A stretch of 64,000 nt of DNA. It comes from a virus (taxonomy: Duplodnaviria; Caudoviricetes). Position 1 is the stretch's first letter. Each line of letters begins with the position of its first letter. Below are positions 52,805-62,524 of the stretch, piece by piece. A model generated the notes under the pieces. The model made no database searches. It saw only the letters and a program-made list of their open reading frames with translations, and was not told where the DNA came from. Both the position numbers and the translations under genes were made by a program. The stretch lies in IMG/VR virus record IMGVR_UViG_3300035675_000001; one strand, given 5' to 3'.

Positions 52805-53430
52805 TCCCGAAAATCATTCATCAGATTTGGTTTAACGTCCACGAGCTGCCGCCGCGCTACGTGGCCTACCAGGAGACTTGGAAAAAGCACCACCCCGGCT
52901 GGGAATACCGATTGTGGACGAAAGACAATCTGCCGGGCATGGCCAACCGGCACATCTTCGATCATTTGAACAACTATGGAGCCAGGGCCGACGTGCTGCG
53001 CTACGAACTGATCTACCAGTTTGGCGGCTGGTATTGCGACATGGACACCCAGTGCTTCCGCGCCATCGACCCCGTGCTCGAAGGCAAGCGAGTCGCGCTC
53101 TGCTACGAAAGCCCGCCGCCCCGCACGGACATGATCTGCAACTGCTACCTGGGAGCCGAACCGCGCCATCCGCTGTTCGAGGCTCTGCTGCGCGAGCTAC
53201 CTGACAGCGCCTTCAAGCAGGACTGGCCCGTAGTTGGAGCAACCGGACCTGGTTTCCTCACTCGTGTCGCCAAACAGGTCGGCGTCGAACCGGACTTGCC
53301 TTACTACCAGTTCGTGCCGTTCCTGTGGAACGAGCGAGAAAAAGCCAGCAATCTGCCGCCCGGCATCTACGCCGCGCACTACTGGGACATGGGCTGGCGC
53401 GACAAAGACTCAAACCCAACCGTCTCATGA
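52801..53430 (+). CDS. GT32 (OCH1-like) glycosyltransferase
   Basis: MIPKIIHQIWF, ADVLRYELIYQFGGWYCDMD, TGPG. Confidence 0.9.
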   Translation: MIPKIIHQIWFNVHELPPRYVAYQETWKKHHPGWEYRLWTKDNLPGMANRHIFDHLNNYGARADVLRYELIYQFGGWYCDMDTQCFRAIDPVLEGKRVALCYESPPPRTDMICNCYLGAEPRHPLFEALLRELPDSAFKQDWPVVGATGPGFLTRVAKQVGVEPDLPYYQFVPFLWNEREKASNLPPGIYAAHYWDMGWRDKDSNPTVS

Positions 53431-53717
53431 AAGAGCAAACCAGCCGAGGCACCACCAACCGTTTGATCTGCGCGGTCGCCTACTGGTTTTGGGAAAGCCA
53501 CGCGGCATGGCCGCACCGCATCATCCGGGTGTATGGGTTCAGCGAATACCAGACCAACCACGGCAGCCACGTTTGGGTGGAGCACTACAAGTTCTGGCAC
53601 ACGCTCTGGCGGGCCACAGGCATGATCTTCCCAGCCTGCAAAAAGGTGTGGGACAAAATCGAGCAGAAGGTCTGGCTTAGGAATGTGGACAAAGATGAGT
53701 TCCGAGGCGGTATGTGA
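53427..53717 (+). CDS. Hypothetical protein
   Basis: ATGA-coupled start MKEQTS. Confidence 0.5.
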   Translation: MKEQTSRGTTNRLICAVAYWFWESHAAWPHRIIRVYGFSEYQTNHGSHVWVEHYKFWHTLWRATGMIFPACKKVWDKIEQKVWLRNVDKDEFRGGM

Positions 53718-53739
53718 TCTGAAAGAGCTGGCGCTCGAC

Positions 53740-53922
53740 ATGACCTGGCTGACCTGCGAACGATGCGAGGTCGTGGCCCCGGATGTCACTGTGCGTCCCT
53801 GCATGACCGCCTACGCTGACCCGAAAGAGAACGTCAGGCCGGTCCTCTGCGACCAGTGCGCGGGGGAGTATTTTGACTACTGGGATTCGCTCTGGAAAGA
53901 ATACAACTCGTCACGCGGATGA
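53740..53922 (+). CDS. Small zinc-binding protein
   Basis: CERC...CDQC; start uncertain. Confidence 0.5.
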   Translation: MTWLTCERCEVVAPDVTVRPCMTAYADPKENVRPVLCDQCAGEYFDYWDSLWKEYNSSRG

Positions 53923-54101
53923 AACCGTTAACGCTCAAAGAACCAGCCAAGTGCTGCGGGTCGCCAACCTTGCTCTGGATACCGGCCAAGGGCTTCTACA
54001 TGTGCCCCTGCGGCGAAACCAGGGCAGACCTCGACGGCCAGCTCATTGGCAAACGTAAACCTTTCGGATACGGTCGCAGAAAGAATGAACGACGGCCTTG
54101 A
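53919..54101 (+). CDS. Small Cys-rich protein
   Basis: KCCG...CPCG. Confidence 0.5.
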   Translation: MKPLTLKEPAKCCGSPTLLWIPAKGFYMCPCGETRADLDGQLIGKRKPFGYGRRKNERRP

Positions 54102-54321
54102 ACTGATGTCGGACGCCGACATGCCGGACGACCCGCCGATCCCCGGTGGTCACTCGCGGGCCTGGATAGAGCAGATGCTTGGCCTCACCCGCGCCCCGGA
54201 GCACATCGTCCTGGACTTCACCATTACCCCGGAAGGGGCGCAGATGGCCGAAGACGTTCAACGGCTTGCGGATACTGTGCGCCAGGGGGTCGGCATCCCG
54301 CGTGAGTTCTTCGGCCCGTAG
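54085..54321 (+). CDS. Hypothetical protein
   Basis: Start MNDGLEL inferred. Confidence 0.5.
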   Translation: MNDGLELMSDADMPDDPPIPGGHSRAWIEQMLGLTRAPEHIVLDFTITPEGAQMAEDVQRLADTVRQGVGIPREFFGP

Positions 54322-54324
54322 TTA

Positions 54325-54804
54325 ATGGCGGTCATGAAAAACTTCGTCGTTGTTCTCGTCGTCGCTGCACTGGCCGGATGTTCAACTCCGCCCGTGTCAA
54401 AACCCGCTACCACCACGGCGGTTGTGATGCCGCCATTGCCGCCCATGCCGCCCCTGCCTTCGGCAGCGCCAAAAGCTCGCATTGCCAGGATGGCCCTGGC
54501 AGCAGCGGGCGCACCGGCTGCCGCCCCACAGTCGTTTACATTTTCGGCCACGGACCCCTGTGCTCCCCGTGCCTGGGTGCAAGGGACCAACGTCCACCTG
54601 GAGTGGCCCTGCTTTACCAATGCGTGTTTCAGGATCGACAGCAGCACGAACCTGTTCACCTGGGAAACTATCGGGACCAGCATCAACTACGACACAGAGC
54701 CAGTGACGAATACCATTGTCGTCATTGACTTCACCGCTGGTCTCCGCTCGTGTCGATACTACCGCGTCGTGCCTGTGGACACCAACGGCGTCCGGTTACC
54801 CTGA
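54325..54804 (+). CDS. Lipoprotein with Verrucomicrobia-type C-terminal domain
   Basis: Lipobox ALAGC; Pro/Ala linker; LEWP...IDSSTNLFTW...RYYRV. Confidence 0.75.
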   Translation: MAVMKNFVVVLVVAALAGCSTPPVSKPATTTAVVMPPLPPMPPLPSAAPKARIARMALAAAGAPAAAPQSFTFSATDPCAPRAWVQGTNVHLEWPCFTNACFRIDSSTNLFTWETIGTSINYDTEPVTNTIVVIDFTAGLRSCRYYRVVPVDTNGVRLP

Positions 54805-55565
54805 TGTTGTCCACAGCCACAAAGAAGATGAAGAAAATCCTGGTCATGGGACTCTCCGGGAGCGGCAAAAGCACGCTCACCGGCGAGCTGGCTCCGCTCC
54901 TGGGAGCAGTCGTGTTCAACAACGATGAGGTCCGCAAAAACATCAATCGAGACCTTGGGTTCACGATGACCGACCGCATCACGCAGGCCGAGCGCATGGG
55001 CTGGCTCTGCGAACAGGTGGTCAAGGCCGGTCACTTCGCCATTGCCGATTTCATCTGCCCGACCGAGCAAACGCGGATCGCGTTCGGCCCATGCTTCACC
55101 ATTTTCATGGATACCGTGAAGCACAGCCGCTTCCCGGACACCGACAAAATCTTCGAGCGGCCACAGCAGCCCGACCTGGTGATCGACAACTTCCGGCAGC
55201 CACGGCTGCTCGCGCTCCAGATCAGGGACCGACTGGTAGGCACCACAGCCAAGAGCATGTTCATCGGTCGCTACCAGCCACTCCACGAAGGCCACATCAA
55301 GCTGATCCAAAAGGTGCTCGACGAAGGCCGCGAAGTTGTAGTTGCCCTGCGCGATACCACGCTCAACGAATCGAACCCATATACGCTGGCGGAGCGCCGG
55401 GAGATGTTCAGAAAAGCTTTCGGCAGCCGGGTGCAGGTCGTCTCGATTCCAGACATCACTGAGGTATGTTACGGTAGAGGCGTCGGCTGGGGCGTGCGCG
55501 AGATACGCCTGGATGCTGAGACCGAGGCCATCAGCGCCACAGCCATCCGATCCGCCTGTAGTTAG
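54804..55565 (+). CDS. APS kinase-like / nucleotidyltransferase fusion
   Basis: GLSGSGKST, RDLGFTMTDR (CysC-like); FIGRYQPLHEGH (HxGH). Confidence 0.85.
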   Translation: MLSTATKKMKKILVMGLSGSGKSTLTGELAPLLGAVVFNNDEVRKNINRDLGFTMTDRITQAERMGWLCEQVVKAGHFAIADFICPTEQTRIAFGPCFTIFMDTVKHSRFPDTDKIFERPQQPDLVIDNFRQPRLLALQIRDRLVGTTAKSMFIGRYQPLHEGHIKLIQKVLDEGREVVVALRDTTLNESNPYTLAERREMFRKAFGSRVQVVSIPDITEVCYGRGVGWGVREIRLDAETEAISATAIRSACS

Positions 55566-55571
55566 CTTGGC

Positions 55572-55934
55572 GTGAATGAAATATCGACCATGCAGACACG
55601 CATCAAGACCCAAGTTGCCCGATGCGAAAGAAGACAACACGCGGCCAACGTGATGGTCTTGCTGTCTGTCGTTTTCGGATCAATCGCGCTACTCCTGGTG
55701 TTCCAGGACGAGCTTGTCTATCCACTTCTGATTGGAGGCTGGATCGTCCACTTAGTGGCCGCAGCCTACTGCCATAAGCTGTGGGTAGGCAGGAAGTTGT
55801 GCTGGATGGCCCTGGGCAAATGGTGCGCCATAATGGACGACATTACGGCTTCCATAGCCGGTCCAGGATCGCTTTTACCAGCACCGGAAGACAGATTAGC
55901 AGAAATGCGGCAACCACTGCCCATTTTGAGCTGA
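55572..55934 (+). CDS. Membrane protein
   Basis: Two TM segments; GTAGTTA upstream. Confidence 0.55.
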   Translation: MNEISTMQTRIKTQVARCERRQHAANVMVLLSVVFGSIALLLVFQDELVYPLLIGGWIVHLVAAAYCHKLWVGRKLCWMALGKWCAIMDDITASIAGPGSLLPAPEDRLAEMRQPLPILS

Positions 55935-56166
55935 CCATTGATTTCCAGTCCTGTAACTCTTGGACGCGCAGATCGGTCTCGATGGCGCTACGGTTGCCCT
56001 CAAGGACGGCCTTGATAAGCCATTCATTCTGAGCCTCCATCCGAGAAAGAGTCTCAACGAGATACTTCTCCTGCTCCGACAACTTGTTCACCAAGTGCGG
56101 AGGGATCGCGGACTTGAACTCAGGCTTTTCGAGTTCCTGGTATCTCGGAATGCGTTGATCGGCCAT
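55843..56166 (-). CDS. Coiled-coil plus C-terminal TM protein
   Basis: Start MADQRIP; GTAGTTA upstream. Confidence 0.65.
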   Translation of the reverse strand: MADQRIPRYQELEKPEFKSAIPPHLVNKLSEQEKYLVETLSRMEAQNEWLIKAVLEGNRSAIETDLRVQELQDWKSMVSSKWAVVAAFLLICLPVLVKAILDRLWKP

Positions 56167-56237
56167 TCTGCGCTTAACTACGTGCGCCATCGTCCTTAGA
56201 CGCAGGAGGCAGCCCAAAAATAAATGCACTTCCACTC

Positions 56238-56266
56238 TTGACACCGGAATCGAAATCGTTTACACT
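56238..56266 (+). promoter_or_regulatory. Sigma70-type promoter
   Basis: TTGACA-17 nt-TACACT. Confidence 0.7.
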
Positions 56267-56323
56267 TCTTTCCAGAATGAAAGACGGCCAGGCTCGTAGC
56301 CCGGCCAAAACGAACGGAACATT

Positions 56324-56776
56324 ATGATCGAGATTGGAAAGAGCAAGACCATCAAGGTCCGCACCAAGAAGCACGGCAAGCTCGTGTTCAAGACGGACGC
56401 GGACGGAAACCCGGAGACCAAGGTCGTTTGCGCCGAAGTCGTCCGATGCACACGCGGCGAACTCGACGGCCACTACGGCAGAGACCGTGGCCGCAAGCTG
56501 GTTGTCCGGCTCAAGGCCGGTGACGTAATCGAGATTTGGCCGATGGGCACCCGGCAGCGTTACACCGCCGAGATCAAGTCGGTGTTCTCCTGGATGCTCA
56601 GGAACGCCGCCAACAAGGCGCAACTGGAGAAGGCCCGCGAGCGCAAGGTCAAGGTCGAGCAACGCCGCTCCGTCCGCCGCCAGGAAGCCCGCGACCGCCG
56701 CTTCCGCGAAGGCTGCCGGGCGCAGACCCTCAAGTCCCTCGCCGGTCAGGAAATCAAAAGCCTTGGCCAAGCCTGA
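56324..56776 (+). CDS. Basic hypothetical protein
   Basis: ORF track. Confidence 0.6.
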   Translation: MIEIGKSKTIKVRTKKHGKLVFKTDADGNPETKVVCAEVVRCTRGELDGHYGRDRGRKLVVRLKAGDVIEIWPMGTRQRYTAEIKSVFSWMLRNAANKAQLEKARERKVKVEQRRSVRRQEARDRRFREGCRAQTLKSLAGQEIKSLGQA

Positions 56777-57126
56777 TGAAACTGGCACCCGCAACCTACC
56801 TGGGGATGAGCGCGTCCGAGCGCGAGCAATGGCACCGCGACCATCCCCAGGGTTTGCCTAAACCCAAAACCGGACTCCCTATGAACGCTCCCACGCCTGC
56901 CCAACTGGTCTGCATGACCACCATCCAGGAAGCTCTGAACCACGTCGTGTGGCTCGACCCACACGTCACCTACGAAGCCCTGGGCGACCGCGTATTCTGC
57001 ACCGCCCACTGCCGCACACCCCAGGAACAGAAAGAAGTCCTCCTGGCTTTTTCCGCCATCCCCAACGTCGGGATGTCGAGCACCCAAAACCCGCCAACCG
57101 TAACCGTCGTCATCCAACAGTCATGA
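56776..57126 (+). CDS. Hypothetical protein
   Basis: TGATG-coupled start MKLAPATY. Confidence 0.55.
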   Translation: MKLAPATYLGMSASEREQWHRDHPQGLPKPKTGLPMNAPTPAQLVCMTTIQEALNHVVWLDPHVTYEALGDRVFCTAHCRTPQEQKEVLLAFSAIPNVGMSSTQNPPTVTVVIQQS

Positions 57127-57473
57127 AACTCAAACAAATCCGCTGCGAGATCACCCTGGAGGAAGCCAGGAAGCACGAGCAGTATCGCAAGATTCCCGAC
57201 CACATCCTCCAAAGCATCTTCCTCTACGTTCACGAAGGCCGTCACCCCGGCCACTTCCTGAGCGCCGTGCTCTGCAACGATCTGTTCGAGGCCGTGGGCC
57301 GCGCCGACAAAGAGGCCCTGGTCTCGCTGCCGGAGCTGGTCATCTTCATCCACAACCGAGTGCCGACCTGCGCCTACAAAATTCACGGCGTCCCCGGACC
57401 CAAAGCGATGAACCGCTGGGTGAAGTGGCACCGGGATCAGGTCGAAGAAATCGACACCGACCAGGAGGAATAA
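57123..57473 (+). CDS. Hypothetical phage protein
   Basis: ATGA-coupled start; PGHFLSAVLCNDLFEAVGRAD. Confidence 0.65.
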   Translation: MKLKQIRCEITLEEARKHEQYRKIPDHILQSIFLYVHEGRHPGHFLSAVLCNDLFEAVGRADKEALVSLPELVIFIHNRVPTCAYKIHGVPGPKAMNRWVKWHRDQVEEIDTDQEE

Positions 57474-57474
57474 C

Positions 57475-57774
57475 ATGGCCAAAAAAGTCCGCATCACCCT
57501 GGAGCTGGAAAACGGCTTCATCAAACTGCTCAACGCGAAGTGCCAGCTCGACGGCGCAATCCATTCCGCCATGAAGGGCGACCCGTCGCGGCAGCTCGAT
57601 CCCGCCGAAGTGCTGGCCATGCTGGTCCTGGCCGAAGCACGCGGAGGAACCGAGGAGCAGATTCACGCCATGACGCCGCACGAGTGGCGATCCGAGATCA
57701 ACCTGATTCATGAGGAGCGCCGGGTTTATGAAGGCGGCAAACAGATCGCCGGTCCAAAATTTTCAGCCTCGTAG
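57475..57774 (+). CDS. Hypothetical protein
   Basis: ORF track with GGAGG RBS. Confidence 0.6.
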   Translation: MAKKVRITLELENGFIKLLNAKCQLDGAIHSAMKGDPSRQLDPAEVLAMLVLAEARGGTEEQIHAMTPHEWRSEINLIHEERRVYEGGKQIAGPKFSAS

Positions 57775-57783
57775 GGAATTTCG

Positions 57784-57812
57784 TTTACATTTTCGAGGCA
57801 ACCCCGTAAAGT
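57784..57812 (+). promoter_or_regulatory. Sigma70-type promoter
   Basis: TTTACA-17 nt-TAAAGT. Confidence 0.55.
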
Positions 57813-57824
57813 GGGTGAGCAGCG

Positions 57825-58067
57825 TTGGCTATGTCACTCACTTTATCAAAACTATCGAAGCCGGACCTGAGCGTATCTTCCGCCCCCTACCGGGTTACGC
57901 TCAAGTCCGGCAAACAATTCTTCTACAGCACCCTGCGGGAAATAGTTCATGACTTCCCGGTCAGCAGGATTGAGCAAATCTACGACCGCCACAAGCGGCG
58001 GGTCGTGGACCTGCTCAAGATCGGGCGTCGAGAAAGAAAACGTAAACATGAGCAGAAAAACGATTGA
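57825..58067 (+). CDS. Small basic hypothetical protein
   Basis: ORF track. Confidence 0.5.
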   Translation: MAMSLTLSKLSKPDLSVSSAPYRVTLKSGKQFFYSTLREIVHDFPVSRIEQIYDRHKRRVVDLLKIGRRERKRKHEQKND

Positions 58068-58635
58068 GCACCCCAGTTTCGGACACGTAACCATTGGCAG
58101 GCAGTCCAGCAACCGCGACCGGCTTTTCGGAGCCGCTGGCTCCAACCACAACTGCATAAGCATCGAAATCAGCGACGCGACTGTGGACGTGGATGAGGCC
58201 GAAGGCAGCTACTTCATCAACGCCAGGAAGCGCATCCTGGAGATCGCCATGACCCCGCTCCAGTTCGCCGAGGCGATTGCTTCGCTGAACTGCTCGGAAG
58301 GGTCGCCTTGCACGATCACCTGGCGGGACGGCAAGTTTCTGTCCGCGCCCGACGAACCGCCGACCACGCGCCTGGAGCACGTCGAAAAGCAGTTCCAGCA
58401 CGAGATGATCGAGCTGGGCAAAGAGTGCGACGAGTTTCTGGCCACGGCCAGGGCGCTCCGGGAGAAAGCAAATGTAAACAAAGGTGACCGGGAACAGTTC
58501 GTCAAGCTGGCCGAGGGGCTGGTCAACAAGATCACCGCCACGACCCCCTACCTCATGAAGCGGTTCACCGAGTGCGTCGAAGACCTGATGTGCGAGATCA
58601 AGGTCGATTCCAGTGCCAAGCCTCCCGGTAGTTAA
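58048..58635 (+). CDS. Hypothetical phage protein
   Basis: MSRKTIEHPSFG...LFG...HN.CI.IEI. Confidence 0.65.
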   Translation: MSRKTIEHPSFGHVTIGRQSSNRDRLFGAAGSNHNCISIEISDATVDVDEAEGSYFINARKRILEIAMTPLQFAEAIASLNCSEGSPCTITWRDGKFLSAPDEPPTTRLEHVEKQFQHEMIELGKECDEFLATARALREKANVNKGDREQFVKLAEGLVNKITATTPYLMKRFTECVEDLMCEIKVDSSAKPPGS

Positions 58636-58638
58636 GGC

Positions 58639-60810
58639 GTGGCAGTCTATGCTTACTACGACCTGAACCGGGTCACCCGGTATCTGAGCGACGCCGAGTT
58701 GAACTGGCGCGGAACCTGGGCGGCGGGAACGACCTACCTGCCCGCCTCCAATGGAACGCCCGGCGACGCTGTGACCTACGCCGGGGCGATGTGGCTCGCA
58801 CTGACCACCAACACCGGCATCACCCCCACGGCGATTATGCGCCAACGGGTTTGGGCGCAGCTCGTTTACTACAAGGAGGGTTCCGTCCCGGACTACACCC
58901 CTCTGGCCCAAGCCGCTTACGACATCGCCGTCACCGGGACCAATCTCGGTTGGGACGCTCTCCACACCGCCTGGGCAGCCGGATCGCTCGCCCAAGACGC
59001 TTACGACATCGCCGTGGCGGGCACCAACCTGGCTCAAGCCGCTTACGATCTGGCCGTCACCGGGACCAACCTCGCCCTGACGGCCATCGACACCGCCAAC
59101 GGAGCCGTGGACATCGCCACGGACGCTTTGACCACGGCCTGGAACGGCACGGCGGGCGTCGATCAAGTGCTCCAGATCGCGGCCAGCGGAACCTCTGGTG
59201 CAAATTCTGCACTCCAGATCGCGGTCCAGGGGACATCTGGCGTCAATCAGCTCTATCCGATTGCTGTCGCGGGCACCAACCTGGCCCAAGCCGCTTACAA
59301 TCTCGCCGCCATCGGCACCAATGTCGGGACGAATGCCCTGAACTTGGCGACCGCAGGCAGCAACCTGGCCTGGCAGTCCTACCTGCTGGCCTCCGAAGCC
59401 AGCTTCCCGCAGATCGCCGAGGACGCCTGGAGCCTGGCCAACATCGGCACCAATGTCGGGACGAATGCCCTGAACTTGGCAACAACCGGCTCGAATCTCG
59501 CCTGGCAAGCCTACCTCCTGGCTGCTACTCCCCAGCCAAGCGACGGGCCGGTTGCCCAAGCCGCCTACAGCCTGGCTGCCATCGGCACCAACGTCGGCAC
59601 CAACGCACTGAATCTGGCCACAGCAGGCAGCAACGTCGCCTGGCAGGCCCTCGTGACCGCTCAGACGGGCACCAACGGCCTCCAGGTCATCACCCTGGAC
59701 CTGGCCGACACGGACAGCCTCGCGCAGTCGGCCTACCAGATCGCAGGCATCGGGACGAACCAGGCGCAACAGGCTTACGCCCTCGCGGCCATCGGCACCA
59801 ACGTCGGCACCAATGCCCTGACCCTCGCGCAGTCGGCCTACAACCTGGCTGCCATCGGCACCAACGTCGGGACGAACGCCCTGAACCTCGCGCAGCAGGC
59901 TTACGACATCGCCGTGGCCGGGACCAGCGCCGGGGCTGCTTTTGCGATGGCCGAAGCCGCCTACCTGCTCGCCCAGCGCGGCACGAACGCGGCCAATGAC
60001 GCCTACGCCATCGCCGTGGCCGGGACCAACGTGGCCAACGACGCCTACGCGATGGCCCAAAACGGCACCACGGTCGCCCAGGTCGCATACGAACTGGCTG
60101 TCTTCGGCACCGAAGGGGTCCAGCAGCTTTACCCGATTGCAAACGCCGGAACAGCCGGTGTCAACCAGCTCTACCCCATCGCCACGGCAGGCACGGCAGG
60201 CGTGAACCAGCTCTACCCGATTGTCGTGGCTGGGACCAACCGCGCCGATGCCGCCTACGCCTTGGCCATCAACGGAACCGAAGGTGTCCAGCAGCTCTAC
60301 GCCATCGCCAATGCGGGCACGGACCTGGCACTCCTGGCCATGACCTGGACCGGCACCAACGCCAGCCTGGCCCAAGCTGCTTACGATCTGGCCGCGATTG
60401 GCACCAACGTCGGAACCAATGCCTACACCCTGGCGACCAGCGCCAACGGGCTGGCCCAGGTCGCCTACAACCAAGCGATCAACGGGACGATTTCCACGAC
60501 CGGCACGTTGCCCACCGCGCAGGCCGTCAGCGGCACGCTCTATTTCGACTTCGCCGGATCAGCGGCTTCTTACCAAACAACCACGGTCGATCAGAACGTC
60601 TGGATCAGCGCCAAAAACCTGCAAGCTGGCCGCGAGATCGGTGTGATCCTGGTTCCCGACAACACGAATCACTGGCTGGGCTATTCCTCTTTCAAGTGGT
60701 TTGGGACGTATCCGCCCGGCACGATCTCGACGAAGGAAATTCTGATCGCCATGACCGCTTTCGACGGGAACCTCGGCAGCATCCGGGCAGCGGCCAGCGT
60801 TCAGATATGA
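58639..60810 (+). CDS. Repeat-rich fibre protein (GTN repeats)
   Basis: WRGTWAAGTTY N-terminus; many AQ.AY.LA..GTN repeats; beta-rich C-terminal tip. Confidence 0.75.
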   Translation: MAVYAYYDLNRVTRYLSDAELNWRGTWAAGTTYLPASNGTPGDAVTYAGAMWLALTTNTGITPTAIMRQRVWAQLVYYKEGSVPDYTPLAQAAYDIAVTGTNLGWDALHTAWAAGSLAQDAYDIAVAGTNLAQAAYDLAVTGTNLALTAIDTANGAVDIATDALTTAWNGTAGVDQVLQIAASGTSGANSALQIAVQGTSGVNQLYPIAVAGTNLAQAAYNLAAIGTNVGTNALNLATAGSNLAWQSYLLASEASFPQIAEDAWSLANIGTNVGTNALNLATTGSNLAWQAYLLAATPQPSDGPVAQAAYSLAAIGTNVGTNALNLATAGSNVAWQALVTAQTGTNGLQVITLDLADTDSLAQSAYQIAGIGTNQAQQAYALAAIGTNVGTNALTLAQSAYNLAAIGTNVGTNALNLAQQAYDIAVAGTSAGAAFAMAEAAYLLAQRGTNAANDAYAIAVAGTNVANDAYAMAQNGTTVAQVAYELAVFGTEGVQQLYPIANAGTAGVNQLYPIATAGTAGVNQLYPIVVAGTNRADAAYALAINGTEGVQQLYAIANAGTDLALLAMTWTGTNASLAQAAYDLAAIGTNVGTNAYTLATSANGLAQVAYNQAINGTISTTGTLPTAQAVSGTLYFDFAGSAASYQTTTVDQNVWISAKNLQAGREIGVILVPDNTNHWLGYSSFKWFGTYPPGTISTKEILIAMTAFDGNLGSIRAAASVQI

Positions 60811-61775
60811 GATTAGGACTCCGCAACTTTCAATACATCGGCGGTCTTTGGAGACCTGCTGCTGCCGGTCCTGCCGCTGTGAGCCGAGGTTACGAGTTCA
60901 ACGGTTCCACGTATGTCCGGTTCACCGGAGGAGGCGTAACCCTGGCCCACCAAGCCTACACGATTTCTGCGTGGCTGCGCCCGTCCATTCCTGGAAACAC
61001 AGGTGTTACCGTCAGAAGTGACGGCGGGCCTATGGGTTCCTGGTCGCACTCCTTAAAGCAAAGTGGATCAGTCTGGCAAAACTACACCTACGGCGGATCA
61101 GGCGGAACCACCGTCAACAGCATCACCGCTCCGATTGTTGGCACCTGGCAGCACGTCACCGCGTCCGCCACAGCCAATGGCCTGCAAAAGATTTACGTCA
61201 ACGGACAGCCGGAAGGTTCGTATCCAGTTTCGAGTCTTTGGGCGGGCGGCAATGACTATTGGCTCGCTGCTGCTTTTCCAGGTGGCAACACTCCTTTTAC
61301 CGGCCAGATGTGTGAATACGCCATCTGGAGCAGCCAGCTCAGCGACGCCGAAGTTGAACAACTGGCCACAGGCCAGCGCGGCTTGCCGCCCACCATCCAA
61401 CCCGGCACCCTGATTGTTTACATTCCGATGCAAGACACGGCAGAAGGCGTTACCGTGCCAGGCAACTACGACGAAACCCAGGGAGTGACGCAAACCAGGA
61501 CCGGAGCGCCCATCGGAAGAAACGTCACCCTTCCCTCCAATACTCCCCTTGTTCGCGTAAGCGAAGATTTCGAGTCTTACGCAGCGGGAGCTGTTGGAGA
61601 CGGCTCCGGCTTGACCGGTGGAACCGAATGGAGCGGAGCACCTGTCGTCTTCGACTGGGTTCCGACCACATCGTCAGAAGATTTCGAGTCTTACGGAGAG
61701 GGAGCTGTTGGAGACGGCTCCAGCTTGACCGCAGGAGCAAACTGGAACGGAGCACCCGTGGTAACCTCATACTGA
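60807..61775 (+). CDS. LamG/concanavalin A-like domain protein
   Basis: TISAWLRP, WQHVTA, KIYVNG, F.G.MCEYAIWS.QLS..EV; duplicated SEDFESY..GAVGDGS.LT.G..W.GAPVV tail. Confidence 0.8.
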   Translation: MRLGLRNFQYIGGLWRPAAAGPAAVSRGYEFNGSTYVRFTGGGVTLAHQAYTISAWLRPSIPGNTGVTVRSDGGPMGSWSHSLKQSGSVWQNYTYGGSGGTTVNSITAPIVGTWQHVTASATANGLQKIYVNGQPEGSYPVSSLWAGGNDYWLAAAFPGGNTPFTGQMCEYAIWSSQLSDAEVEQLATGQRGLPPTIQPGTLIVYIPMQDTAEGVTVPGNYDETQGVTQTRTGAPIGRNVTLPSNTPLVRVSEDFESYAAGAVGDGSGLTGGTEWSGAPVVFDWVPTTSSEDFESYGEGAVGDGSSLTAGANWNGAPVVTSY

Positions 61776-61777
61776 TT

Positions 61778-62473
61778 ATGGCCGCATCAATCGTTTCAAC
61801 AGCTTATGGACTGGCGCTGAATCCAGACAAGGTTCTCACGCTCGGCAACGAGGAATACGTCCGCACCTTTTCTTTCGGCTCTGCCTGGACAAAGATTCGC
61901 CTCGGCATCTGCTACTCGATTCGCTCAACCACGAGCATTGGCAGCGCCTCTTTTGTCCTGGGAGTCTGTTCTGGAAAAACCAATCCGTATGCAGCCGCTA
62001 CCACGACCAATTTCGTCGGTGTAAACTTAACGTCCTCAAACTCTTTGACCGGAACGATTACGGCAAATTACGGCCCTCCGTGGTATGCAAGCATGAGCGG
62101 AACGGTCGTCATCAAACGATCCGGGAGCACCACAACTATCGGCAATGGCAGCGGGTCCATTCTCTACGGCCACTACACGGCTGCCTCCCTTCGAGCCTTC
62201 ATGATTGTGGACATCACCAAAGGAAGTCCGAACTACACACTCAGCGTTTTCCGATACGTCAACGTCTTTAACCCCTACTTGGACACGGCGATGTTCACTG
62301 CCGCCCTGAACTCAATTTCAGACCCACCGACCAACGCACTCGCTCAGATGAGCGGAGTGACCATTGCCTGCGACGAGTCTGCGGGAGCTTTTGACTGCTT
62401 CGACCTCTTTTGGAACGATTCGCCCAACCCGCTGGATGTCGGATACCTGGGCGCAACCCGCCTCGTTATCTGA
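61778..62473 (+). CDS. Ser/Thr-rich beta protein (probable tail accessory)
   Basis: Start MAASIVST; composition. Confidence 0.6.
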   Translation: MAASIVSTAYGLALNPDKVLTLGNEEYVRTFSFGSAWTKIRLGICYSIRSTTSIGSASFVLGVCSGKTNPYAAATTTNFVGVNLTSSNSLTGTITANYGPPWYASMSGTVVIKRSGSTTTIGNGSGSILYGHYTAASLRAFMIVDITKGSPNYTLSVFRYVNVFNPYLDTAMFTAALNSISDPPTNALAQMSGVTIACDESAGAFDCFDLFWNDSPNPLDVGYLGATRLVI

Positions 62474-62524
62474 AATCGCCTTTGTCAACATTCTCAATGG
62501 GCTGGATCAGGGTGTAGTTATGGC

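Noticed and set aside
816-58047. Recurrent GTTTAC/GTAAAC as an operator
   Set aside because: Many copies are Val-Tyr or Phe-Thr codons explained by GTAC avoidance, or overlap promoter -10/-35 boxes; no consistent spacing or dyad.
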